From: an uncultured delta proteobacterium
Lineage (GTDB): Bacteria; Desulfobacterota; BSN033; UBA1163
Assembly (NCBI GenBank): GCA_963708295.1
Contig: CAVPSJ010000004.1
Coordinates: 768,001-832,000 of the forward strand
DNA: 64,000 nucleotides
Direction of reading: 5' to 3'
Shown here: positions 11,169 through 20,406 of the stretch, in pieces
Position numbering within the stretch: the stretch's first letter is position 1
Layout of the letters: each line of letters opens with the position of its first letter
Translations under genes and position numbers: made by a program
Notes under the pieces: generated by a model
What the model saw: the letters and a program-made list of their open reading frames with translations, nothing else
Databases searched by the model: none
What the model was told of the DNA's origin: nothing

Positions 11169-11201
11169 AAAAAAAGGGGGCGTGAAGACGCCCCCTTTTT
11201 T
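11169..11201. terminator. Intrinsic terminator after the symporter gene
   Basis: AAAAAAAGGGGGCGT-GAAG-ACGCCCCCTTTTTT perfect hairpin. Confidence 0.8.
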
Positions 11202-11221
11202 ATCTCTCTGTGCCCGTAGGG

Positions 11222-12775
11222 CTACTTCTTTTGTGGAAACAGGAGGTTGAGGGTTTTCTCTGAAGGCGGTTTCGTCATAAAACTGACGACGAAGTAGATT
11301 ACTCCACAGCCTATCACGAGAATCCACTCCATTGTCCCCATTCCGATCGTCTTCTTGAAAAGGACTGCATATCCGCCGTAAAGGGTCATCGCCGTTCCGT
11401 AGATGACGGTACAGACTGCGCCCCATTTGGTGGCGCCTTTCCAGTAGTAGGAAATTGCGGTGACGAAGAAGAAGACAGCTCCGAGTCCCATCGCTGCCAT
11501 GCCCATGAAGATTGAGAGCAGGGGGGGCGGACTCACCAAGGTCCAGTAGAAGGGAAGGAAGAGGAAGAGGGCGATCAGGAAGTAACCCAGCATCAGCATG
11601 CTCTGGTCCGTTACCTTCGGGACCCAGAGTTTAATGACATCCCGAGTGATATTGGCGCTCATGATGAAGACCATTCCTGCCAGGGTTGACAGGGCTGCCG
11701 AGAAAAGGCCTGCCGTGTATAAGGCGAGCATCGGTGATCCACCCAAGGCATGAGCAAGCATCGGTGCAGCAAGGTCTCCTCCCCAGGGTTTGATCTTAAG
11801 AAGCTGGTCGCCGTAGAGCATCCTGGCCACCAGCCCGTTGCTCGAACAGTCGAGCATGATAGGAATGCCTGTAAACAACCAGACAATCGCAACCATCCAG
11901 AAATAATCCTTCTTGGTCATCTTCCTCATCCCGAGAAACCGGCTGACGTTGTGAGGAAAGCCGACCGCCATGGTGAAGAAAATGACAGGGGTCGCAAATA
12001 TACCTACAAGGCTTGACATCAGCTGAGGAGACCCCAGCTTGGGCAGATCCGGCCTGATCAGATCCAACAGCTTCGGATTTTGAGCGACCAATTTGGAAGT
12101 GAGTTCGTAAAACCCACCACTTTGGACGATCGCCACGACCCCAATCAGGGTCCCAACAACGGCAAAAACGAGCCCCTGGAGGGCCATGGCATACTGGTTT
12201 CCGACATATCCTCCCATCGCCATATAGAGCCATGCGATGAAGATGGAGAGTAATAGGCACCAGAGGGGTGAGAGTCCGGTCAGCGCATACCAAACGCCCG
12301 CTCCAGCCTTCAGTTGGCCAACGGAATACATAAACAGGAAGAAAAGCATGGAAATGGCGATGACGGTCTGGAGCATTTTGGACTCAAATCGCTTGCCGAT
12401 CGTTTCGGGAACAGTGGTTGCCCCTAGCTTTACCGAAAATTCTCTTGTCTTGACCGATGCAAGCCAGATACAGGGGATGATCCCGACAAGACTCCATATC
12501 CCCGCAAACCACATCCCTGAAAAACCGAGGGTATAGACAATCCCCGTGCTCCCGCAGAAAGCCCAGCCGGAAATGTAGGAGGCGGAAAGGGCGGCGCCGG
12601 TGATGAGGGGGCCGATGTCTCTGTGGCCCACGAGATACTCATCAAAGGACTTCCATTTCTTCTTTCCCAAAACGCCGAGGATGGCAGAGAGCAGCAGCAA
12701 GAGCGCAAGGGCGATGACTCCCCAAATAATCATGTCGGCGGTTGGCTTCGGTACAGGTATATATTGTGGACTCAT
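11222..12775 (-). CDS. Sodium:solute symporter (SSS/SLC5) family protein
   Basis: About 13 TM segments, ASYISGWAFCG, GFPHNVSRF, FSAALSTL. Start ATG overlaps the stop of the upstream microprotein (ATGA). Confidence 0.92.
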   Translation of the reverse strand: MSPQYIPVPKPTADMIIWGVIALALLLLLSAILGVLGKKKWKSFDEYLVGHRDIGPLITGAALSASYISGWAFCGSTGIVYTLGFSGMWFAGIWSLVGIIPCIWLASVKTREFSVKLGATTVPETIGKRFESKMLQTVIAISMLFFLFMYSVGQLKAGAGVWYALTGLSPLWCLLLSIFIAWLYMAMGGYVGNQYAMALQGLVFAVVGTLIGVVAIVQSGGFYELTSKLVAQNPKLLDLIRPDLPKLGSPQLMSSLVGIFATPVIFFTMAVGFPHNVSRFLGMRKMTKKDYFWMVAIVWLFTGIPIMLDCSSNGLVARMLYGDQLLKIKPWGGDLAAPMLAHALGGSPMLALYTAGLFSAALSTLAGMVFIMSANITRDVIKLWVPKVTDQSMLMLGYFLIALFLFLPFYWTLVSPPPLLSIFMGMAAMGLGAVFFFVTAISYYWKGATKWGAVCTVIYGTAMTLYGGYAVLFKKTIGMGTMEWILVIGCGVIYFVVSFMTKPPSEKTLNLLFPQKK

Positions 12776-12897
12776 TCTTCCCACCTCCTTTTCTTAATGA
12801 TGATCCATGTCCCGATGAAGGTCATGAGAAATGTGAAAACAAATATCGCACCCCACACATACCAGGCAAACATATAAGCGGACACATCCGGTTGCAT
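12772..12897 (-). CDS. 41-aa single-TM symporter accessory microprotein (not in ORF track)
   Basis: Translates as MQPDVSAYMFAWYVWGAIFVFTFLMTFIGTWIIIKKRRWEE*. SD AAGGAGGTG; TGA overlaps the symporter ATG. Confidence 0.8.
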   Translation of the reverse strand: MQPDVSAYMFAWYVWGAIFVFTFLMTFIGTWIIIKKRRWEE

Positions 12898-12975
12898 AAG
12901 ACACCTCCTTTCATGTTTCATTGTTTTTTCTTTTCCACGCCGAAGTGATTATATGAACCTTCCACCCCCCTTCCG

Positions 12976-13025
12976 AAAAAAAAGCCCGGCACCCTATTCT
13001 ATGAACGCCAGGCTCTTTCAATCAT
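12976..13025 (-). promoter_or_regulatory. Leader terminator hairpin overlapped by an 8-codon uORF (possible attenuator)
   Basis: Minus-strand stem AGCCTGGCGT/GTGCCGGGCT plus T7. uORF MIERAWRS* at 13025..12999 follows a purine-rich SD-like tract. Confidence 0.5.
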
Positions 13026-13142
13026 CTCCACCTCTCCCTCCTCTGAAAAGGTGAAAATCTGAACTGCCAAATGGTGTAAAATAAGAAAAAACTCAATCGA
13101 TAGAGTCTTTTAAAGATCAGGAAGGAATAAACGTTGCGGACC

Positions 13143-13171
13143 ATTAGATACATAAAAATAGTTTTTGTCAA
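13143..13171 (-). promoter_or_regulatory. Sigma70-type promoter for the symporter operon
   Basis: Minus strand TTGACA-17 nt-TCTAAT. Confidence 0.45.
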
Positions 13172-13395
13172 GAAATTTTTGGGATTTGAGTTAGAAAAGT
13201 GGAGACTCCCCTTATGCGGATCGTTTGGAAAATCCGACGGAAGTGTCATTTCGATCAAAGCCCTCCCGTGTTCCCCCTTGTTTCGCCATCCCCTGAGGAA
13301 CTACTGAAAGGGTTCTTTTAGGTTGAAAAAGATAGAGAAATATTGCACTGGGTATCCGGATTTGCTATAAACTCTTTCAGGAAGGAGGATTTATT

Positions 13396-14979
13396 ATGAG
13401 GAGCCCGCATGCACATATAGGAGAAATACTGGCAAGAAACGCGCGGTTGTATCCGGACGATGTGGCTCTCGTTGAGAGAACACCCGGCGAGAAGAAGAGG
13501 AGTGAAATCACCTGGAAGCAGTTTGATGATCAGGTGAATCGTTTTGCCAATGTTCTGATTCACAAAGGGATAAAAAAAGGAGACAAGGTGGTTCATCTCA
13601 TGATGAACTCCATTGACTGGCTGATTGCCTATTTCGGAATCATCCGCACGGGTGCGTGGGCGGTTCCCCTGAACTTTCGTTTCACAGGCACGGAGATCGA
13701 ATACTGCAGTAGCGTTGCGGAACCCAAATGCTTTGTGTTCAGTCAGGAATTTATCGATCGAATCGATGGAATCAGGAGTGATCTTTCGACCGTCAAAGAT
13801 TTCATCGCGGTGGGGAAAGAAATTCCAAAGTATGCAGAGTCCTTTGAAACATTGCTTGAAAAAGCCTCTGCCCAACCTTCCAACATTGAAATCACTTATG
13901 ATGACCCCTGCGGTCTCTATTTTACGTCGGGAACGACGGGGCAACCTAAGCCCATCCTGTTGACCCACGGGAACATGGTCTCAGCTTGCATCACAGAGAA
14001 TGCCCATCACCATCAGACGAGGGAAGACAATTTCATCCTGATCCCTCCGCTGTATCATACCGGTGCAAAGATGCACTGGTTTGGAAGCTTCATCGTGGGA
14101 GGACGGGCTGTCATTCTGAAGGGGGTTACACCAGAATGGATTCTCGAGGCCATCAGCGAAGAAAAAGGGACAGTCATCTTTCTTCTGGTTCCCTGGGCAA
14201 ACGATATCCTTTTAAAAATCGATAGCGGCGAGATTAAACTGAAGGATTACAATATCAAACAGTGGAGACTCATGCACATCGGCGCTCAACCGGTACCTCC
14301 CTCTCTGGTCAGGCATTGGAAAGAGCGCTTTCCAGAGATGTCTTATGATACGAACTACGGCTTAAGCGAATCGACCGGACCGGGTTGTGTTCATCTTGGA
14401 ATAGAGAACGAGCATAAGGTAGGGGCCATCGGGCTTCCCGGTTTCAACTGGGAGACGAACATTGTGAACGAGGACGGGGACCCCGTTAAAAAGGGAGAGG
14501 TCGGAGAGCTGGTCGTTCGTGGTGACGGCGTGATGAGGGAGTATTATAAAAACCCCGAAGCCACGGCCAGGGCGTTAAGAAACGGGTGGCTCTTCACGGG
14601 AGATATGGCAAAGCAGGACGAAGATGGTTTTATCTATCTGGTTGATCGGAAGAAAGACCTGATCATCAGCGGAGGGGAGAATGTTTTCCCGGTGGAGGTA
14701 GAGGATTTCCTTCACACCCATCCGAGCATCAAAGATGTTGCCGCCATCGGTTGTCCTGATGAACGTTTAGGTGAAACAGTAGCCGTCATTATAGAAGTCA
14801 AGCCGGGAAAGTCACTGACCGAGGAAGAGGTCATAAAATTCTGCGAACAATTGGCCAAATACAAACGTCCTAAGAAGATTTTCTTTGACGTGGTTCCCCG
14901 AAACCCTACGGGAAAAATAGAAAAGCCAAAGCTGAGGAAAAGGTACGCGGGGATGGAAGAATCCTTTAAGGTTGGTTAG
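13396..14979 (+). CDS. Acyl-CoA synthetase / class I adenylate-forming enzyme
   Basis: YFTSGTTGQPK, NYGLSES, GWLFTGD, DRKKDLIISGGENVFP, PRNPTGKI; SD AAGGAGG. Confidence 0.93.
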   Translation: MRSPHAHIGEILARNARLYPDDVALVERTPGEKKRSEITWKQFDDQVNRFANVLIHKGIKKGDKVVHLMMNSIDWLIAYFGIIRTGAWAVPLNFRFTGTEIEYCSSVAEPKCFVFSQEFIDRIDGIRSDLSTVKDFIAVGKEIPKYAESFETLLEKASAQPSNIEITYDDPCGLYFTSGTTGQPKPILLTHGNMVSACITENAHHHQTREDNFILIPPLYHTGAKMHWFGSFIVGGRAVILKGVTPEWILEAISEEKGTVIFLLVPWANDILLKIDSGEIKLKDYNIKQWRLMHIGAQPVPPSLVRHWKERFPEMSYDTNYGLSESTGPGCVHLGIENEHKVGAIGLPGFNWETNIVNEDGDPVKKGEVGELVVRGDGVMREYYKNPEATARALRNGWLFTGDMAKQDEDGFIYLVDRKKDLIISGGENVFPVEVEDFLHTHPSIKDVAAIGCPDERLGETVAVIIEVKPGKSLTEEEVIKFCEQLAKYKRPKKIFFDVVPRNPTGKIEKPKLRKRYAGMEESFKVG

Positions 14980-15025
14980 CCTCCCTTCTGCACCCGGACC
15001 TGACGCTCGTGCAAAAGAAACCGAC

Positions 15026-16531
15026 TCAGGGGGACTCCTCCAGAGTAGAAAGTTTCTTTCGCTGGGTGATGATGGGGACGACCAAAAGCAGTACGGCGAC
15101 AATCAGGAAACCCAGCGTAATGGGCCGGGTGACGAAAATAGAAAAATCCCCGCGAGACAACATCAATGACTGTCGAAGGGAAGATTCGAGTTCTCCTCCG
15201 AGGACCAATGCCAGAATTAACGGAGGGGCGTCATAGCGGAACTTTCTCATCAGGTATCCTACGATCCCAAAAATCAGCATGATAATCACATCCGCGGTGT
15301 TATTCCCAATGCTGTAAGCTCCGATCATACAGAATAGAAGTATCAGGGGATAGAGAAGGTAGTAAGGGACTCTGAGAACCATCACCCACAGAGGGATGAG
15401 AGGGAGGTTGAGAACCAGAAGCATCCCATTGCCGATATACATACTCACGATAGTCCCCCAGAAAATATCCGGAGCTCTTGTCATGAGGAGCGGTCCCGGC
15501 TGCAATCCATGAATCATCAAAGCCCCCAGGAAAATAGCCATGATCGCATTGGATGGGATTCCAAGGGTAAGAAGGGGGATGAAGGAAGCGCCGGCCGCGG
15601 CATTGTTTGCTGCCTCAGGGCCTGCCACTCCTTGAATGGCCCCTTTTCCGAATTCCTCAGGATGTTTGGACACCTTCTTCTCAATCGCATAGGAGGCAAA
15701 AGATGCGACAATGGCTCCACCTCCGGGAATGATGCCAAGGAAGAAGCCCAGGACACTGCCCCGAATGATGGGCCAAAAGGAGGTGGCCCAGTCTTTGAGG
15801 TTTGGGAGGAGATTCTTAATCTTATCTGTTAGGATCTGTCGCTTGATTTCAGTTTCGAGGTTCTCGATCACTTCCGCGATACCGAAGAGGCCCATAACCA
15901 CGGGGACGAGCCCTACGCCGTCCAATAGCGCCTGGACGTTGAATGTAAACCGGTATTTTCCGCTGATCGAATCCATTCCGGCCCCGCCGAGGGTCAACCC
16001 CACTGCGGCCATCATCAGGGCCTTGAGCATGGATCCGCTGCTCAGGAAGGTCAGGACCATAATCCCTACGAGCATCAGAGCGAAAAATTCCGGCGGTCCG
16101 AAACGAAGCGCAATGCCAGCCAGAAGAGGCCCGACAAATGTCAGGGCAATGACGGCTAATGTCCCGGCGATGAAGGAACCGAAAGCTGCAATCCCCAGAG
16201 CTGGGCCCGCCCTTCCTTTCAATGCCATCTGGTGGCCATCGATACAGGTCACGACGGAGGCTGCCTCGCCAGGAATATTGACTAAGATGGAGGTTGTCGA
16301 CCCTCCGTACATGGCTCCGTAATAGATCCCCGCCAGCATGATCACGCCTGAAACCGGGGTCGACTTGAAAGTCGTGGGAAGAAGCAGGGCAATCGCAGCC
16401 GCTGGTCCGAGACCCGGCAGAACGCCCACTAACGTGCCGATCAGCACTCCGAAGAAGCAGTAGACCAAATTGAGGGGCTGAAGTGCCACCTGAAATCCGT
16501 AGAGCACACTCTGAAGGATATCCATATCCAT
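15026..16531 (-). CDS. tctA: Tripartite tricarboxylate transporter large permease
   Basis: GVLPGLGP, YYGAMYGGSTTSILVNIPG, PEAANNA, PLLTLGIP. Confidence 0.95.
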   Translation of the reverse strand: MDMDILQSVLYGFQVALQPLNLVYCFFGVLIGTLVGVLPGLGPAAAIALLLPTTFKSTPVSGVIMLAGIYYGAMYGGSTTSILVNIPGEAASVVTCIDGHQMALKGRAGPALGIAAFGSFIAGTLAVIALTFVGPLLAGIALRFGPPEFFALMLVGIMVLTFLSSGSMLKALMMAAVGLTLGGAGMDSISGKYRFTFNVQALLDGVGLVPVVMGLFGIAEVIENLETEIKRQILTDKIKNLLPNLKDWATSFWPIIRGSVLGFFLGIIPGGGAIVASFASYAIEKKVSKHPEEFGKGAIQGVAGPEAANNAAAGASFIPLLTLGIPSNAIMAIFLGALMIHGLQPGPLLMTRAPDIFWGTIVSMYIGNGMLLVLNLPLIPLWVMVLRVPYYLLYPLILLFCMIGAYSIGNNTADVIIMLIFGIVGYLMRKFRYDAPPLILALVLGGELESSLRQSLMLSRGDFSIFVTRPITLGFLIVAVLLLVVPIITQRKKLSTLEESP

Positions 16532-16549
16532 ACGTTCTACCGACCTTTC

Positions 16550-17017
16550 TTAGAATCTCAAAAACTCCAACAACCCCTTCGGTAGCTGAGACTGGAGCCA
16601 CGTCTCAAAAATCAAATAAGAAATCACCGTCACCAGAATGCTAACAAAGGCAGTATAATACCATTTTCTCTTCTCAATGATCCCCAGGAGAAAAATAAAG
16701 AGCAGCAGTGTAACCGGAATGAAACCAATGGTTTCCATGAGCAGGGCATAGAGGAAAAGGGAGATCAAGACAAAAATGATCTTTGAAACATTTTGAGTGC
16801 CGAAGATGGCGGGTTGAGGTATCTCTCCCTTCTTGCCTACCCATGCCCTAATAAGGACGACCAGAGACATGATTCCCAGGACGATGTTAACCCAGAAGAA
16901 GAGGAAACCCGGGCCGGGTTTGTGCAAAGTTCCTAACCCCAGGTGGTACGATTGAATAATGAATAGGACTGCGAAGCACAACCAGAAGATTCCACTGATC
17001 CGATCCGCTTTGCCCAT
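16550..17017 (-). CDS. tctB: Tripartite tricarboxylate transporter small permease
   Basis: Four TM segments, PGPGF and LPKG motifs, adjacent to tctA. Confidence 0.88.
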   Translation of the reverse strand: MGKADRISGIFWLCFAVLFIIQSYHLGLGTLHKPGPGFLFFWVNIVLGIMSLVVLIRAWVGKKGEIPQPAIFGTQNVSKIIFVLISLFLYALLMETIGFIPVTLLLFIFLLGIIEKRKWYYTAFVSILVTVISYLIFETWLQSQLPKGLLEFLRF

Positions 17018-17037
17018 CCGAAACCCTCCCTCGGTAT

Positions 17038-17197
17038 CTAGCAGGCTGCTGAAAAACGCCCATCTGCTTTGTTTCCCTCATCCTTCGTCATTGCGACGTA
17101 CCTCCAAGTACGCCTCATTCCTCAGGATTTCTGGAGCCTTGCATCTGGGCATTTTTGAGCAGCCTGAGATAAAATCGCTTTTTCAGCAACATGCTAG
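17038..17197. mobile_element. MITE with terminal inverted repeats bounded by CTAG (IS5/IS4-like ends)
   Basis: Left TAGCAGGCTGCTGAAAAA pairs with right TTTTTCAGCAACATGCTA (16/18). An inner second right end TGGGCATTTTTGAGCAGCCTG is present. CTAG at both edges. Confidence 0.7.
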
Positions 17198-17221
17198 TAT
17201 CTTTTCAATCGCCTCTATTAT

Positions 17222-18196
17222 TTATTTCCGCAGGCCCATTTTAGTGGCTAAGGCATTGGCGATTTCATACTCTTCCTTTTTCAGTCTACTCAATTCCGCC
17301 GGAGACTTATAATCAACTACGTAACCCATTTTGTCAACCTTCGCTTTTAATTCCGGATTCTTGACTGCCTTTTCGATGGCTGTGACCAGAGTTTTCTTAA
17401 CATCCTCCGGCAATCCGGAAGGACCGTAAAAAGCAAACCACGTAGAAAGAAGCCCCTGTTTGTACCCTAGTTCGGCCGCCGTGGGAATACTGGGATAGCC
17501 AGACATCTTCTTGCTGACCAGAAGGATCCTTAGCTTTCCTGAATCGACATGAGGGATGATTTTACCGAAGGCGTCGAAGGTGACTTCGACATGTCCTCCT
17601 AACAGGGCAGTAATGACAGATTCCCCTCCTTTGAAGGGAATCATCGTGAACTGCGCGCCGGTCATCGCCTGCATCACTTCGAGGTTGAAATGATCAATCG
17701 CTCCCACCCCGATGGTGCTGACGCGGAGTTTTCCCGGATTTTTCTTGGCATAGTCGATCAATTCATCAAAAGTTTTCCAAGGGGAACTTGCCTGAACCGC
17801 AGCAGTTAATGGCACGAACAGATGCAAACCTAAAGGCTCCAAATCCATGTCCGGGTCGTAAGGAAACGTCTCCGGATGAGTGATTCGGGTATAGATGAGA
17901 CCGGAGGCGCTGATATAACCGAGGGTATAACCATCCTTCTTGCTCTTGGTGACAAAATCGGTCCCGAAAATCGATGCACCTCCGGGTTTCGTTACGACGA
18001 CAATTTGGGTGCCAAGGAGCTTTCCCAAGTCATCGGATAACACTCTGGCATTGATATCCATGATCGAACCCGGGACATTGGGAATGATCAGCTGAATGGG
18101 ACGACTGGGATAAGATTGTCCAAGGGATGTTGAAACTCCGGGACCTAATCCGTACACGATCACCAGGAGACCAACTAAACAAATTGACCGCTTCAT
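17222..18196 (-). CDS. tctC: Tripartite tricarboxylate transporter substrate-binding protein (Bug/TctC), copy 1
   Basis: Signal peptide, YPSRPIQLIIP, KPGGAS, PFKGGESVITALLGGHV. Confidence 0.92.
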   Translation of the reverse strand: MKRSICLVGLLVIVYGLGPGVSTSLGQSYPSRPIQLIIPNVPGSIMDINARVLSDDLGKLLGTQIVVVTKPGGASIFGTDFVTKSKKDGYTLGYISASGLIYTRITHPETFPYDPDMDLEPLGLHLFVPLTAAVQASSPWKTFDELIDYAKKNPGKLRVSTIGVGAIDHFNLEVMQAMTGAQFTMIPFKGGESVITALLGGHVEVTFDAFGKIIPHVDSGKLRILLVSKKMSGYPSIPTAAELGYKQGLLSTWFAFYGPSGLPEDVKKTLVTAIEKAVKNPELKAKVDKMGYVVDYKSPAELSRLKKEEYEIANALATKMGLRK

Positions 18197-18249
18197 GATT
18201 TTTCTCCTTTAATTGGGTTCAACCCATTTGGAAGCCGATCTCATCCAAC

Positions 18250-19245
18250 TCACTTGCTACGCAGTCCAACCTTAATAGCGATTGCAACCGCTTTCTCATA
18301 CTCATCCGCTGCAAGCTTCTTCTGCTCCGCGGGGGGTTTGTATTGAACCACAAAATCCATCTTCTCAACTTTTGCCTTTAGCTCCGGGTTCTTCACTGCC
18401 TTCTCAACGGCAGGGATGAGCACATTTTTCACTTCCTCCGGTAGTCCGGCGGGTCCATACATTCCAAACCAGGAAGTGAAGAGTTCCTGCTTATAACCTA
18501 ATTCGGTGAGGGTCGGGATATTGGGTAAGTCCGGAACTTTACTCGTCGAAAGAAGAATCCTCATCTTCCCGGATTCGACATGAGGTTTGATCTTACTGAC
18601 CGCATCAAAGGTCATCTCGACATGCCCTCCCAGCAGGGCGGTGATCACGGATTCTCCTCCTTTGAAAGGAATGTGTGTGAATTGGGCTCCGGTCAAGGAT
18701 TGGATGATCTCCAAATTGAAATGGGAGGTAGACCCTGTGCCGGTGGTGCTCACACGAAGCTTATTGGGATTCTTCTTGGCAAAGTCCAGTAACTCCCCAA
18801 AATTCTTCCATGGAGCGCTTGCCTGCACGGCGATTGCATTCGGAAAGAAGAGGTGAAGTCCTAGGGGATCTAAATCTTTATCCGGATCGTACGGAACGGT
18901 CTCGGGATTCAAAACTCGCGTGAAGACAATGGCCGCAGAGTTTGTATAAGCAAGTGTATAACCATCCTTTTTGCTCCGGGCCACAAAATCAGTCCCCAGA
19001 GTAAATCCTGCTCCCGGTTTGACCACGGGCACAAGTTGCGCCCCGAGGATTTTCCCCAGTTCATCGCCCGTGAGTCGACCGGCAATATCCAGGATGGACC
19101 CCGCCGCGCCGGGAATGATCAACTGAATGGGACGATTCGGGTACGGCTGGGCGAACGTAGTGGCAGCTCCCAGAATGAATCCGAACGCCACGAGCAAGAA
19201 ACCAACAAAAAAAATGGGTCGCTTCATCATTTCCCTCCTTTTCAT
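18250..19245 (-). CDS. tctC: Bug/TctC substrate-binding protein, copy 2
   Basis: YPNRPIQLIIP, KPGAG, PFKGGESVITALLGGHV. Confidence 0.92.
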   Translation of the reverse strand: MKRREMMKRPIFFVGFLLVAFGFILGAATTFAQPYPNRPIQLIIPGAAGSILDIAGRLTGDELGKILGAQLVPVVKPGAGFTLGTDFVARSKKDGYTLAYTNSAAIVFTRVLNPETVPYDPDKDLDPLGLHLFFPNAIAVQASAPWKNFGELLDFAKKNPNKLRVSTTGTGSTSHFNLEIIQSLTGAQFTHIPFKGGESVITALLGGHVEMTFDAVSKIKPHVESGKMRILLSTSKVPDLPNIPTLTELGYKQELFTSWFGMYGPAGLPEEVKNVLIPAVEKAVKNPELKAKVEKMDFVVQYKPPAEQKKLAADEYEKAVAIAIKVGLRSK

Positions 19246-19256
19246 GAAAATCCAGT

Positions 19257-20234
19257 CTAATCTTTTTTGCGTAAACCTACTTTATCGGCTATTTGAACCG
19301 CTCTTTCGTACTCCTCCGCCACCCTCTTCTTCATCTCCGCAGGAGATTTGTAATCAACAATAAATTTCATCTTCTCAATTTTGGCCTTCGATTCGGGATT
19401 TTTGATCGCCTTTTCGACAGCCGGCACCAAGACCTTTTTCACCTCCTCCGGCAATCCTGAAGGGGCATACATGGCAAACCATGTAGAAACGAGATCTTGC
19501 TTGTAACCCAAGTCGGTGATCGTGGGGACATTGGGGAAGTCGGCCATTTTATACGTCAACAAAAGAATCCTGAGCTTTCCGGATTCGACATGAGGATAGA
19601 TCTTGTTGATTGCATCGTAGGTCATCTCGAGATGTCCTCCCAGGAGAGCGGTGATCACAGATTCTCCACCCTTGAATGGAACGTGGGTGAATTGGGCCCC
19701 GGTCAAGGATTGAATGATCTCTAAGTTGAAATGGGCCGGTGACCCGATCCCGATGGTATCGACTCGAAGCTTCCCGGGGTTCTTTTTGGCATAGTCAAGC
19801 AGTTCGTTAAATGTTTTCCAGGGTGCGTCGGCTCGCACCGCAATGGCCAGTGGCACGAGGAGATGCAAGCCCAAAGGCTCGATATCCTTCTCTGGATCAA
19901 AATGCATCGTATCTGGATTGAGAATCCGGGCATAGACAATCGCATTGCTCGCATAGCCGATGGTATAGCCATCCCTTTTACTCTTTGCCAAAGCATCCGT
20001 ACCCAGGGTTGTTGCCGCCCCCGGTTTGTTGATGGGAACAATCTGCGTACCAAGAATCTTTCCAAGATCCTCTGATAAGATCCTTGAATTAATATCCATG
20101 ATCGAACCCGGAACATTCGGGATGATCAGCTGAATGGGACGACTGGGATAAGGCTGGGCCTGGACCTGATGGATTCCGAGAGGAAGACCCAAGCTGGCCG
20201 CGGACAGAATTGCCACGACGATGAAACGTTTCAT
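19257..20234 (-). CDS. tctC: Bug/TctC substrate-binding protein, copy 3
   Basis: Signal peptide, YPSRPIQLIIPNVPGSIMDIN, PFKGGESVITALLGGHL. Confidence 0.92.
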   Translation of the reverse strand: MKRFIVVAILSAASLGLPLGIHQVQAQPYPSRPIQLIIPNVPGSIMDINSRILSEDLGKILGTQIVPINKPGAATTLGTDALAKSKRDGYTIGYASNAIVYARILNPDTMHFDPEKDIEPLGLHLLVPLAIAVRADAPWKTFNELLDYAKKNPGKLRVDTIGIGSPAHFNLEIIQSLTGAQFTHVPFKGGESVITALLGGHLEMTYDAINKIYPHVESGKLRILLLTYKMADFPNVPTITDLGYKQDLVSTWFAMYAPSGLPEEVKKVLVPAVEKAIKNPESKAKIEKMKFIVDYKSPAEMKKRVAEEYERAVQIADKVGLRKKD

Positions 20235-20406
20235 ATTCCCTCCTTTTTACACGAAAGGCGGTTGCCATTCTGAGTTTTTAAAGTCTATATCATCTGATTT
20301 ATTTTCTCAAGCCCATTTTGAAGCGCGAAATCGAGGTGCTGTTTCGCCATCCGCCCCGATCTCTTTGGTTCTTGGGAAAGGAGAGACCTATCGTCAACAG
20401 CCTATC

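Noticed and set aside
20221-20234. Perfect 14-bp palindrome ATGAAACGTTTCAT giving MKRF starts on both strands
   Set aside because: It coincides with the tctC start. The plus-strand ORF has no SD or protein-like features, so this is likely chance.
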